Positions 8,883 through 18,436 of a stretch of 42,581 nt of DNA are shown piece after piece. The DNA is from Verrucomicrobiota bacterium (GTDB lineage Bacteria; Verrucomicrobiota; Verrucomicrobiia; Verrucomicrobiales; DEV007): contig JASFYY010000086.1 in assembly GCA_045046875.1 (NCBI GenBank), positions 1 through 42,581 of the forward strand, written 5' to 3'. A program made the position numbers and the translations under genes. Numbering within the stretch: the stretch's first letter is position 1; every line of letters begins with the position of its first letter. The notes beneath the pieces are model-generated. The model did no database searches. It had not been told where the DNA came from and saw only the letters and a program-made list of their open reading frames with translations.

Positions 8883-10820
8883 ATGAAATTTTTTTATATT
8901 CGATTCTGTCTGGCTGGGGCCGCTCTATTTTTGGCTTCATGTGCTGTGGTGCCGCACGTTAAGGAACTTAAAATTCCGATTTTGAATTCCGCTGCAGTCG
9001 GTCAATTGATAAATCCGGCCCGTCACACGGATGAAACCGAGGCTGTTTTGAAGGAGGAAGGGTTACAGGATGAGGAAAATACGGCGGTTATTGTGGCTGC
9101 CTTGCGAGCTAGTTTAAAGGGACGTCCGTCTTTGCAAAAAAGGTTGGCTTTGGTTGAAGTTTGTTTTGATGCGGGGGAGCTGGAAGCTGGGGGCGATTCG
9201 ATGAAGGCGGCAGGGTATTATCTGGCTGCAGCCGAGTTTGCCCTGCCGGGCGCTAAGCTGGATGGGGCGAGCGAAATTCAAGAAGACTTGCTGGAGATGT
9301 ATAATTTCAGTTGTGGTCTGGCGGCCCGTATACTTTTCAAGCATGGGCACGATTGGAGCAAAACGATCGTCGTTGAGGGGCCGGATCGGAGTTATCGTTT
9401 GCGGAGTCGAACCTCTGGGAAAGGTTATATCTCGCCCGCCTTTTTTGACCATTTGTGGGTGGCTAAAAGTCTTGAGTTTAAAGGTCTCGATCGCTTGAAA
9501 CGAACTGTGCGTGAAGGTTATGGGGAGATGATGGTGGGGCACCGGGAGTGGAGCGCCGAGCGTCTGAAAAAGGAGCCGCTTTTGTCTCCTGCTGGATTGG
9601 CTCTTCCTCTATCCGTTGTTATTTCCCCTGTGGATGCCAAGGGGGGGCTGGAAATGGCTTTTTATGACGTTACGCTTGCAGATGAAACTCGTCTGGCGGG
9701 AAGGACGGTTCCTTTGGCTGCTGATTTCACCGCGCCTCTGGCGATGTTTTATAACTACAAACCAAAGGGAAATATGGGCAAGCAGGGTTTGTTTCATCCG
9801 GGGCGTTATAGTCAACGCATGGGTTTGATTCAATTTGAGCCTTATCGCCGTAATGAAATCCCCATTGTATTTGTGCACGGTCTGGCATCCAGTCCGGGAA
9901 CCTGGATGGTCGCGGTGAACACTTTGCGGGCCGATCCTGAATTGCGCAAACGCTATCAACTGCTGGCTTTTTATTACCCGACCGGTTTTCCAATTGCTTA
10001 TAATTCGAGTGGTTTGCGGCAACATCTTGAAAATTTTCAGAAATTTTATGATCCTGGGAATACTAATCCTGCGATGAATAACATGATTATCGTAGGTCAC
10101 AGTATGGGAGGAATCCTGAGTAATGCACAAATCCGCAGCAGTGAGGATACTTTTACCAAAGCGATTTTCACCAAGCCTATTGACGAGGTAGACGGGCTTA
10201 GTGAGAGCCAGAGGACGATGGCAAAAAAGCGTCTTATTTACCAAGCTGATCCCGACATCACTCGTGCGGTGTTTGTGGCGGCACCCCATCGGGGCAGCTC
10301 GATCGCAACACATCCGATAGGAAATATTATCAAGAAGTTGATCAAATTTCCGGTTGAAATCCTCACCGGTGGGGAGGTTTTCCGAGTGGAAGAGCTTTCT
10401 GCTGACTTGACGGATTACGGGCGGTCTGTTGTGGACCGAGGTTCCAGTAGTATCAATAGTTTGGAGCCTGACAACCCTATGCTCAGAGCGGTGCTTGATC
10501 AGCCGGTGAAAGCCGGGGTGAAATACCACTCGATCGTCGGGCGTGCCAAGGCCGGCGATCCGCTGGAAGAAAGCAGTGATACGGTGGTACCGTATCCGAG
10601 CGCGCATCTGGATGGGGCGGTTTCTGAGAAAGTGATCAATGCCAAGCACACCGGGCTCACCGGACATGCCGAGGCAATCGAGGAATTGCGCAGAATTCTC
10701 TACTTGCATGCGGGTTTGCCATACCCCGGGCCTGTTGCGGCTGAGCCTGTCCAAGTTGAAGCTCCCTCAAAGAAGAAAAAATCCAAAGCGTTGTATTACG
10801 GTCATCGTAATGGGCGGTGA
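8883..10820 (+). CDS. Alpha/beta-hydrolase (esterase/lipase-like) lipoprotein
   Basis: Lipobox LASC; motifs VFVHGL, GHSMGG nucleophile elbow, AAPHRGS, SDTVVP and a late His. Confidence 0.85.
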   Translation: MKFFYIRFCLAGAALFLASCAVVPHVKELKIPILNSAAVGQLINPARHTDETEAVLKEEGLQDEENTAVIVAALRASLKGRPSLQKRLALVEVCFDAGELEAGGDSMKAAGYYLAAAEFALPGAKLDGASEIQEDLLEMYNFSCGLAARILFKHGHDWSKTIVVEGPDRSYRLRSRTSGKGYISPAFFDHLWVAKSLEFKGLDRLKRTVREGYGEMMVGHREWSAERLKKEPLLSPAGLALPLSVVISPVDAKGGLEMAFYDVTLADETRLAGRTVPLAADFTAPLAMFYNYKPKGNMGKQGLFHPGRYSQRMGLIQFEPYRRNEIPIVFVHGLASSPGTWMVAVNTLRADPELRKRYQLLAFYYPTGFPIAYNSSGLRQHLENFQKFYDPGNTNPAMNNMIIVGHSMGGILSNAQIRSSEDTFTKAIFTKPIDEVDGLSESQRTMAKKRLIYQADPDITRAVFVAAPHRGSSIATHPIGNIIKKLIKFPVEILTGGEVFRVEELSADLTDYGRSVVDRGSSSINSLEPDNPMLRAVLDQPVKAGVKYHSIVGRAKAGDPLEESSDTVVPYPSAHLDGAVSEKVINAKHTGLTGHAEAIEELRRILYLHAGLPYPGPVAAEPVQVEAPSKKKKSKALYYGHRNGR

Positions 10821-10877
10821 GAAGCAAGCGGCATAGTCGAGTGAATTTTTCAGAATTGAAAAGTCATCATTTTTGAT

Positions 10878-12074
10878 ATGAGCGTGGAACAGGGGCAAAG
10901 ATACGCGCCAGCTCCAAAAACCAGTGCTTTGGCAATTTGGAGTCTGGTCTTGAGTTTACTGGGGGCGTGCGGAGGTTTTTTTGCGGCCGGCGCAGTGATT
11001 TGTGGGCATTTGGCACTGGCTAATATCAAGGCCTCTGCGGGTAGGCTGGGTGGGCAGGGCCTGGCGATTGCAGGGCTTGTCATAGGTTATATTGTGCTGG
11101 CTGTTTGGGCGACGATTGTTCTTGGTTTGTTTTTTGCGGGATCGTTGGCGGGTAAGGTAAGCCATGAAAAGGATGCCGAGGCGCAATCTCTTTTTGCAAT
11201 CAGTGAAACGGTGGTGCCGACTTTCCCCGCATTACCGGAGTGGCAAAATATTGTGGATTCAAAAGTAAAGGTGATGCAGTTCTCCCTACCGGAAAGTGGA
11301 CCCGGAGCGGCAATGAGCCTGCGTGTGTATATGCCACCGGGAGATCATCCGGATGCGAGTTTGGCATGTGTGTTAACGGCTCCAGCGGGGACCAACTTGT
11401 TGAGTGGTGTCAATCTGGATCCTTTGAATGATCAAACTTATCACGATGAGTCCCTGCCTTATGCTGAAGCGGGCATGGCCGTGGTGATGTATTCGATAGA
11501 TGGCGAGTCGGATGAAACGGTGCAGGGGGAAGAGGCGGAGGCGGATGAAATGAAGCGGGCATATTTGGAGTTCAAAGCTGCGTCTGCCGGGGTCGTAAAC
11601 GGGCGCAATGCTTTGGAGTTTGCATGGGCTCATTTGCCGATGGTGGACAGAGGACGGATTTACTCTGCAGGCCATAGTTCGGCCGCTACCTTGTCTCTAC
11701 TGATGGCGGAGCATGAGCCTCGTTTGGCGGGCAGCCTGGCTTATGCCCCGGCTGCTGATTTGGAGGAACGGTTCAAAGAACTGACAGAGCAGCCGTTTGT
11801 CGACCTGGCATTGCCGGGGATCAAGTATTTCATCAGACGCAGCTCCCCGAAGACCCATGCGGCTGAGTTGACTCGCCCTTTGTTTGTGTTTTTTGCCGAG
11901 GATGACCAAATGGCATCTATTGACAGCACCCGGGCTCTGCTTGAAAAAATGCCATCAAAATCCAAACTGACTTTCAGAACCGTGGCTAAAGGAGGGCACT
12001 ATCAATCAATGATCGAGGTGGCCATTCCCGAGGGAATCGAATGGATTCGCGCTCAGGATGGTAATGACGAGTGA
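10878..12074 (+). CDS. DUF4190-like membrane domain fused to an alpha/beta-hydrolase (S9/dienelactone-hydrolase-like)
   Basis: N-terminal LAIWSLVLS...ICGHLAL...GLAIAGLVIG (DUF4190 pattern); GHSSA nucleophile; GGHY. Confidence 0.75.
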   Translation: MSVEQGQRYAPAPKTSALAIWSLVLSLLGACGGFFAAGAVICGHLALANIKASAGRLGGQGLAIAGLVIGYIVLAVWATIVLGLFFAGSLAGKVSHEKDAEAQSLFAISETVVPTFPALPEWQNIVDSKVKVMQFSLPESGPGAAMSLRVYMPPGDHPDASLACVLTAPAGTNLLSGVNLDPLNDQTYHDESLPYAEAGMAVVMYSIDGESDETVQGEEAEADEMKRAYLEFKAASAGVVNGRNALEFAWAHLPMVDRGRIYSAGHSSAATLSLLMAEHEPRLAGSLAYAPAADLEERFKELTEQPFVDLALPGIKYFIRRSSPKTHAAELTRPLFVFFAEDDQMASIDSTRALLEKMPSKSKLTFRTVAKGGHYQSMIEVAIPEGIEWIRAQDGNDE

Positions 12075-12085
12075 CGGGAGTGGTT

Positions 12086-13372
12086 TTATTCTGCCGTTAA
12101 TTTGACGTAGACTTTGACGATGGTGCGCAGGGTGAGCAGCAGGGAAAGTAGGAAACCGACCGAGCCCATGACGATCATCCATTTGGGAACTTTGCGTTCG
12201 CCGACGAGGTCGGGACGGGTGGCGAGGTAAACCAGGGCGGCGGCCAGTGCGGGCAGGCCGAGCACGGTAGAGGCCTGGGCGACGGTGATGACATTGACCA
12301 CAGGGAACTCCATTAGGATGGAGCCGATGGCAATCGCCATGCCAACAAAGAGGGCGAGCACGGTGCCGTTGCGAGCGCCTTTGTCGTTGATGGTGGCTCC
12401 CTTGCCAAAACCATCGGAGAGCATGTTGCCGCCGATCATGGCGTTGACCATGAAAGCGCCAAAACCACCGGCGAAGATACCGCAAGCAAAGACGTATTTG
12501 GCGGAGGAGCCAAAGAGGGGTTCCAAGGCGCGGGCGATGTCACTGACGGAATTGAGTTCACTGGGATCGACCTTGCCGTGTAGAGCCGCGGCAGCGGTGG
12601 ACATCACCACCAGTGATACGCCAAACAGCACCATGGTGCCGACCATGGAGTCGATCATGCCTTTTTTGGTATCGTTGATGCCCCAGCCCTTGGCACGCAC
12701 ACCGTAAGCTTGGTAAAAGGCTCCTGCCACGGAGAAGGTGGTGGCTACCAAAGCTTGTAGAACTAGAACGTTGCCGCCACCGGTAGGGTTGGAGATGAAA
12801 GATTTGTAACCACCTTCGGGAGGGGAGGGGATCAGGCCTTTGATCATGGCGATGAGATCGGGTTTGGCCATGATCATGTTGATGATGAAAGAAGTGACCA
12901 TCAACAGCACGATGGTTTTCATGATTTTTTCAATCGGATTGTAGAGGTCGCGGAAGCCGTAGAGTACGACGATGATGAAGGCGTTCAGCGCCAGTAACAC
13001 CCCCACCTTGGCGGCAGCTCTTAGATCATCGCCGATGATGGTTTCGACGGCGGCGACAATGGCGATGTTGTTACTGACCTGGAAACCCGCCACGATGAGA
13101 AATAGGGTGATGCCAATGAACATGCCAACCGGCCGTCCGAGGCGGATCGAGAGTTCTTCGATCAGAGTGTGTTTGTGCACCACTCCGAGACGGGCGGACA
13201 GCACCACCATGCACCACATCAATGAGGCGGAAATAGCGAGCACCCAGATCATGCTGTAGCCATAGATGGCACCGGTTTTGGAACTCATCAGGATACTGCC
13301 GGGGCCACAGACAACGGCGGCGATGATGATGGCAGGGCCAATGGATTTGAAAAATTCGACGATTTTGTTCAT
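12086..13372 (-). CDS. NRAMP-like (APC-fold) transporter
   Basis: About 11 TM segments. IGPAIIIAAVVCGPGS occupies the TM1 position where MntH has DPGN. Confidence 0.8.
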   Translation of the reverse strand: MNKIVEFFKSIGPAIIIAAVVCGPGSILMSSKTGAIYGYSMIWVLAISASLMWCMVVLSARLGVVHKHTLIEELSIRLGRPVGMFIGITLFLIVAGFQVSNNIAIVAAVETIIGDDLRAAAKVGVLLALNAFIIVVLYGFRDLYNPIEKIMKTIVLLMVTSFIINMIMAKPDLIAMIKGLIPSPPEGGYKSFISNPTGGGNVLVLQALVATTFSVAGAFYQAYGVRAKGWGINDTKKGMIDSMVGTMVLFGVSLVVMSTAAAALHGKVDPSELNSVSDIARALEPLFGSSAKYVFACGIFAGGFGAFMVNAMIGGNMLSDGFGKGATINDKGARNGTVLALFVGMAIAIGSILMEFPVVNVITVAQASTVLGLPALAAALVYLATRPDLVGERKVPKWMIVMGSVGFLLSLLLTLRTIVKVYVKLTAE

Positions 13373-13381
13373 GATGGGGGA

Positions 13382-13409
13382 ATTTGAGATTTAAAATGTA
13401 AAATTTGAG
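13382..13409. repeat. Degenerate heptamer tandem repeat (ATTTGAG ATTTAAA ATGTAAA ATTTGAG)
   Basis: Four 7-mers in an intergenic gap. The same unit type recurs at 30673-30778 and 41021-41062. Confidence 0.6.
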
Positions 13410-13509
13410 ATTGGGTGAAGGAAGGGTTTACGGGGTTTTTAGGGGGAAAACAAGCTTTTCCAGGCTGTTTTTTTACGAAGAAGGGGAGTTGGTGGGTTTG
13501 CCGGGTTGT

Positions 13510-14418
13510 TTACAGGCCGAGGGCTATTCGGGGGTTGTCATCGATGAGCTGTTTGATTTGCTGTTCATCGAGGTCCAGTTTTTGACTCAGGTTTTCACGG
13601 ATTTGCGGCATGGTGATGGTGGCACCGGCGAGATTGGGCGAGCCGGGTTTGCGCGCGACTCCGTGTTGATCCACTTCGATCTCCATGCCGGAGAGTTGGT
13701 AGCGGCCGGGGCCGAGTTTGGCGGCGGCGATGGCGTCGGTGACCATGATGCAGCGGTCGATTCCGGCGACCTGCAGGTAGTTTTTTAAAGCAAAAAAATC
13801 GACGTGAGCACCATCGGGGATGAAACAGCACCAGAGCTCGTCGGACAGGCTGAGCACTCGTTGGATGATGTTGTCATGGCGGTTCATGGTGACCGGGCAG
13901 CCGTTGCCGACGTGGGTGACCATGCTCAGGCCGGCATCGATGCCGGCTTTGAGTTGATCGAGTGACGGGTTGCAGTGACCGGCGGAAACGGTGATGCCTT
14001 GTTCGGCGAGGAAGCGGGTGGTCGCCATGTCCTGATCAAATTCGGGCGCAAGGGTGATCAGTTTGGTCAGTCCGGCGGTGGCGTCGAGCAGCCGTTTGCT
14101 GTCTTCGACATTGGCGGGCTTGACGCAGTCTGCGGGATGGGCGCCGACATAACCGACTTCGGGATTGATGAAGGGGCCTTCGATATGAAACCCGGCGATG
14201 ATTTTTTTCGCCAGATCATCCTGCTCTCGTAGTTCGACCAGATGGGAGAGCTTGTGGCACAGCGCATCGATGCTGTCGGTGATGACGGTGGCGAGGATGT
14301 TCTCAACGCCGTCCTCTTCAAGCGCGATGCAAGTGGTGTGCAGTTCTTCTGCGGTGATTTCCGGGTTGGTGAAGTCACCGCCGAAATAGCCGTTTACTTG
14401 GATGTCGAAAGGTTTCAT
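13510..14418 (-). CDS. nagA: N-acetylglucosamine-6-phosphate deacetylase-like amidohydrolase (short form)
   Basis: Motifs DIQVNG, GFHIEGPFI, GAH, TLAPE, SAGH, THVGNG, PDGAH, VTDA, LAGA. Start at ATG 14418 (MKPFDIQ). Confidence 0.8.
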   Translation of the reverse strand: MKPFDIQVNGYFGGDFTNPEITAEELHTTCIALEEDGVENILATVITDSIDALCHKLSHLVELREQDDLAKKIIAGFHIEGPFINPEVGYVGAHPADCVKPANVEDSKRLLDATAGLTKLITLAPEFDQDMATTRFLAEQGITVSAGHCNPSLDQLKAGIDAGLSMVTHVGNGCPVTMNRHDNIIQRVLSLSDELWCCFIPDGAHVDFFALKNYLQVAGIDRCIMVTDAIAAAKLGPGRYQLSGMEIEVDQHGVARKPGSPNLAGATITMPQIRENLSQKLDLDEQQIKQLIDDNPRIALGL

Positions 14419-14677
14419 TGGATAAGGAGGGTAGAGGGGGAAACAGGTGGGCAAAGTGGGAAGGTTACGCCTTCAGATGGTGGTGTCGAGCGTTTTTGAT
14501 GGGGGGAATGAGTGGATAGCTAATAGATGAAAAAGTTTAACGGCTTGGGTTAGATGGAGATCAACCACTGATCACACTGATAGAATCCGGGCTTCGCTTT
14601 ATTTGTGAGGGGGTGGATGATGGAAGCCGTAGCGGGATATCAAATGGGTAGGTGCTTGGGGGTGGTGACCTCGCCGA

Positions 14678-14959
14678 GGGTGTAAGATAGTTAAGCTGCT
14701 GACCATTATGTGTTTCGCCCTTTGCAGGGCTGGGAGAATTGGATTTTTTACCCAGCGCTTCGCACTGGGCTACATCATTGATTACCGTTGGTGCGAAAGA
14801 GATGAAAGCAAAATGTCCTGTAAGGACAAAATGAGATAGTCTAGTGCGAAGCGCTGGGGTTAGATCATTTTTATTGCCAGCCCTAAAAGGGCGGAATGAT
14901 GTTGATGGGTGATAAGGTAGCTTTCAATAACAAATGGTTATTTTTTTTGTCTTACACCC
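14678..14959. mobile_element. MITE copy 1 (282 bp) with internal REP-like palindromes
   Basis: Perfect 10-bp TIRs GGGTGTAAGA (14678-14687) and TCTTACACCC (14950-14959), flanked by the 9-bp direct repeat CCTCGCCGA (14669-14677, 14960-14968). Second copy at 32219-32504. Confidence 0.9.
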
Positions 14960-15073
14960 CCTCGCCGAACAGGACTGCGAACATTCTTGACTGTTTCTTT
15001 GTCCTCATGCAGGCTAGTAAACACAGCGTATATGTATGATGTTATTTAACTATTTTTAATCAGCAAAAGAGTT

Positions 15074-15865
15074 ATGTTTAGAGTTAAGGTTTTTTGGGTT
15101 TTTGTGATTGGGGTATTAGGAATCGGCTTGATGAGTGCGGAGGAGAAAAAAATGAGTGCTAAAATCATAGCTCATCGCGGAGCGAGTGCGGTGGCTCCGG
15201 AAAATACTTTGGTGGCGATCAAGGCGGCGGCGGAAGCGGGGGCGGATTGGGTGGAATGGGATACACGAGTGACGGCTGACGGGGTGTTGATCCTGCAGCA
15301 CGACGAGACTTTGGAAAAATACCTAGGCAAAAAGGGCCGGGTTGAAATCGAGAAGATGAAGTTTGAAGAGTCTCAGACTTATGATGTGGGGTGGTGGTTT
15401 GCCAAATCATTTGAGGGCGCACGGATGCCGAGTTTGCAACAGGCTATCGAAGCGAGTTTGCCAAAAATGCTGCCGCTGATCGAGCGCAAATCAGGTTCAG
15501 CGCAACAGCATGTCGAGGTGATCCGCAAAATGAAGGTGGAGGATCAGGTGGTGGTGCAGGCTTTTGATTGGAAGTTCCTCAAACAATTACGCCAACTGGC
15601 CCCTGAAATCAAAATGGGCGCACTGGGCAGCAAAGCGATCAAAGAAAAGCAGTTCAAACAACTGTTTGAGCTCAAGCCTGAATATGTCGGTTGGGGCAGT
15701 GGCGATCTCAAACGCAGTGATGTCGAACGCTTTCATGCAAAGGGGATCAAGGTGCTGGTGTGGACGGTGGATGCGGAGAAGGAGATCCGGAAGTTTATTG
15801 AATGGGGGGTTGATGGAATTATTACCAATGATCCGGCTAATACGCGGGAGGTGGTGGAGGAATGA
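15074..15865 (+). CDS. Glycerophosphodiester phosphodiesterase, secreted
   Basis: Motifs IAHRGAS..APENT, EWD, HD, WTVD, GVDGIITN. Confidence 0.92.
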   Translation: MFRVKVFWVFVIGVLGIGLMSAEEKKMSAKIIAHRGASAVAPENTLVAIKAAAEAGADWVEWDTRVTADGVLILQHDETLEKYLGKKGRVEIEKMKFEESQTYDVGWWFAKSFEGARMPSLQQAIEASLPKMLPLIERKSGSAQQHVEVIRKMKVEDQVVVQAFDWKFLKQLRQLAPEIKMGALGSKAIKEKQFKQLFELKPEYVGWGSGDLKRSDVERFHAKGIKVLVWTVDAEKEIRKFIEWGVDGIITNDPANTREVVEE

Positions 15866-16800
15866 AAAATGAGAGTTTTCGGATAGCGATTGTGGGGGCG
15901 GGGGCGGTGGGGTGTTATTACGGGGCGCATTTGGTGAGGGCGGGGGCGGAGGTGCATTTTCTGATGCGCAGCGATTTGCACCATGTGGCCGAGCATGGGG
16001 TGGTTATTGAGAGTGCTTTGCACGATGATTTTGCAGTGGCCGATGTTCTGTGCCATGCGAACACGGAGGAAATCGGGGAGGTGGATTTGGTGATCATTGC
16101 GCTCAAATCGACGCAGAATGCGGTGCTTGAAACGTTGATCCCCCCACTGTTGGGTGAGCATACGTGTTTGCTGACTTTGCAAAATGGTTTGGGCAACGGG
16201 GAATTTTTGGCGCAGCGTTTTGGGGAGCGGCGGGTGATGGGTGGTTTGTGTTTTGTATGTCTGAACCGGATTTCGCCCGGAGTGATCAAACATTTGGGTT
16301 TTGGTCTGATCATGATGGGAGAGCTTCACGCGATCGCGTCGGACAGGACCCGTCAGGTGGCTGATTGGTTTTCCCGTAGTGGGGTGGCCTGTGAAGTGGT
16401 GGATGATTTGATGTGGGCGGCGTGGCGTAAGTTGGTGTGGAATATTCCGTTTAACGGCTTGGCGATTCTTGGTGGCGGCATCGATGTGGCGGAGATATTG
16501 GAGGACGAGGATTTGCTGGTTTTGACTAAACAGTTGATGCGGGAAGTGATTCGCACGGCGGGGGTTTTGGGATACGAATTACCGGATACGCTGGTTGAGG
16601 AACAGGTGGAGAAGACTTTGAAAATGGGCCCCTACCGGCCATCGAGCATGGTGGATTTTGTCGAAGGGCGTGCGGTGGAAGTCGAAGCGATCTGGGGGGA
16701 GCCCTGGCGCCGGGGTGCCGAGGCGGGAGCTGAGGTCGGCGGGCTGGAGATGATGTATCGCTTGATCAATGAAAAAACAAAGTCGCTGAGGGAGCGCTAA
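15862..16800 (+). CDS. panE: 2-dehydropantoate 2-reductase (ApbA/PanE family)
   Basis: Motifs GAGAVG, LQNGL, WRKLVWN, SSM, EVEAI. ATGA overlap with the upstream gene. Confidence 0.85.
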   Translation: MKNESFRIAIVGAGAVGCYYGAHLVRAGAEVHFLMRSDLHHVAEHGVVIESALHDDFAVADVLCHANTEEIGEVDLVIIALKSTQNAVLETLIPPLLGEHTCLLTLQNGLGNGEFLAQRFGERRVMGGLCFVCLNRISPGVIKHLGFGLIMMGELHAIASDRTRQVADWFSRSGVACEVVDDLMWAAWRKLVWNIPFNGLAILGGGIDVAEILEDEDLLVLTKQLMREVIRTAGVLGYELPDTLVEEQVEKTLKMGPYRPSSMVDFVEGRAVEVEAIWGEPWRRGAEAGAEVGGLEMMYRLINEKTKSLRER

Positions 16801-16876
16801 AAACCTATAGCCTGAATCGCTACAGCCTAAAAAAAGCGTGTAATTGACAATTGAAAGGAGCCTATGACAATGAAGG

Positions 16877-18319
16877 ATGAAATTTAACTGCCTTCGGTAC
16901 TTATTAATTGCCGCATTCGTTTTTTCTTTGCATCAAGCGAAAGAACTGCACGCGGTCGAGGAAGAAGATTCGCGGCCGAATATTTTGTTCATTCTGTTGG
17001 ATAATGTTGGCAAGGATTGGTTTCGTAGTTACGGCAGTCAGGAGGATCAGACACCGACGATCGATGAGCTGGCACGCACGGGGGTCAAGTTCCGCAACTT
17101 TTATGTGACTCCGGTCTGTAGCACGACGCGGGTGATGTTGATGACTGGGCGTTACCCTTTCCGCACGGGGTGGCACACTCATCATGATCCGGCTATATAT
17201 GGTGGTGGATTTTTTGACTGGAAACGGGAGAAGAGTGTGGCGCGGGTATTGAAGGATGCGGGTTATGATACTTGTATTTCGGGCAAGTGGCAGATCAATG
17301 ATTTGTTTGATCCTGAACAGAAGGATGCGATCAAAAAACATGGTTTTGATGATTACTGTTTGTTTCCCGAAGGAAAAAAAGGGCATCCGGCTCACAAGAA
17401 GCGCTATTGGAATCCCTATGTGATCCAGAACGGAAAGCGTCTGGAGACGAAGGGCAAATATGGCCCGGATATTTTCACTGATTATTTGATCGATTACATG
17501 GCGAAACCTCGTAAGAAGCCGTTTTTTGCTTATTATTCGATGATTCTGACTCACATACCGGTGGGCTCCACTCCAGACAACCAAGGCGCTGAGCTGACAC
17601 CACGTGAGAAATTTGCTGATATGTTGTATTACGCAGATCAGTCGATTTTGCGCCTGACAGAGGCTTTGGACCGTTTGGGTCTGAGGGAGAATACGATTAT
17701 TTTTATCACTACGGATAACGGTACGGATAACGGGGCTTTCCACGGTTACGAAAATATGGGGGGGCGCTTTCAAGGCAGAAAGGCTTCGGTGGGATCCACC
17801 ATGCGCCCCAGTGAGGATGGTTATTATCCGATGAAAGAGTGGGGCATCAATACGCCGTTCATCGTGAATTCCCCGGCGCTGATCCAAGGTGGTTGGGAGA
17901 GTGATGATCTGATCGACGCAAGCGATGTGCTGCCAACCCTGGCGGATTTGGCTAGGGCTGATCTGCCGCAAGGGGTGGTGTATGACGGGCGTTCTTTTGC
18001 TGCTCAGTTATACGGGGAAGAGCCGCCGGAACCTTGGCGTCCTTGGTGTTTCACTCAGTATCACAATAAGAGGGTTATTCGCGGGCAGCGTTTCAAGCTC
18101 TATTCCGACGGCCCTTTTTATGATCTGTCCAGTGATCCGTTGGAGTTGCACGATTTGTCTGAAGCGGGTGTGGGTTCCGGGTTCAAAGATGAGAAGGTTC
18201 AAGCGGGCTATAAACAACTGAAAGGGGTGCTCGACACTCTACCGGAGAATAGCAAATTGCCTTGGCAGTTCAAGAGCATTTCGGCACGGGCTTTTGAGGC
18301 AAGTGAAGAAAAAAAGTGA
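16877..18319 (+). CDS. Sulfatase (S1 family), secreted
   Basis: Motifs RPNILFILLDN, CSTTR...LMTGRY, GKWQ, TDNG. Signal peptide present. Confidence 0.9.
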   Translation: MKFNCLRYLLIAAFVFSLHQAKELHAVEEEDSRPNILFILLDNVGKDWFRSYGSQEDQTPTIDELARTGVKFRNFYVTPVCSTTRVMLMTGRYPFRTGWHTHHDPAIYGGGFFDWKREKSVARVLKDAGYDTCISGKWQINDLFDPEQKDAIKKHGFDDYCLFPEGKKGHPAHKKRYWNPYVIQNGKRLETKGKYGPDIFTDYLIDYMAKPRKKPFFAYYSMILTHIPVGSTPDNQGAELTPREKFADMLYYADQSILRLTEALDRLGLRENTIIFITTDNGTDNGAFHGYENMGGRFQGRKASVGSTMRPSEDGYYPMKEWGINTPFIVNSPALIQGGWESDDLIDASDVLPTLADLARADLPQGVVYDGRSFAAQLYGEEPPEPWRPWCFTQYHNKRVIRGQRFKLYSDGPFYDLSSDPLELHDLSEAGVGSGFKDEKVQAGYKQLKGVLDTLPENSKLPWQFKSISARAFEASEEKK

Positions 18320-18436
18320 ACTGCAAATAAATACGAAGGCTGTTTGGCGCAAGGTTATTTTTCTTGCTCAGTCAGTGAGATGAAGGCTTTTTTGAGTTCA
18401 GCCGGATTGAGTTTTGACCAGCCTTCCAAGGTGGGG

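Noticed and set aside
14713..14896. Structured ncRNA or riboswitch interpretation of the palindromic region
   Set aside because: TIRs and TSDs at both copies explain it as a mobile element, and no known riboswitch consensus is recognisable.
16896..16912. GGTACTTATTAATTGCC resembling part of the 27-bp repeat
   Set aside because: Partial match inside the sulfatase signal-peptide coding sequence; probably coincidental.
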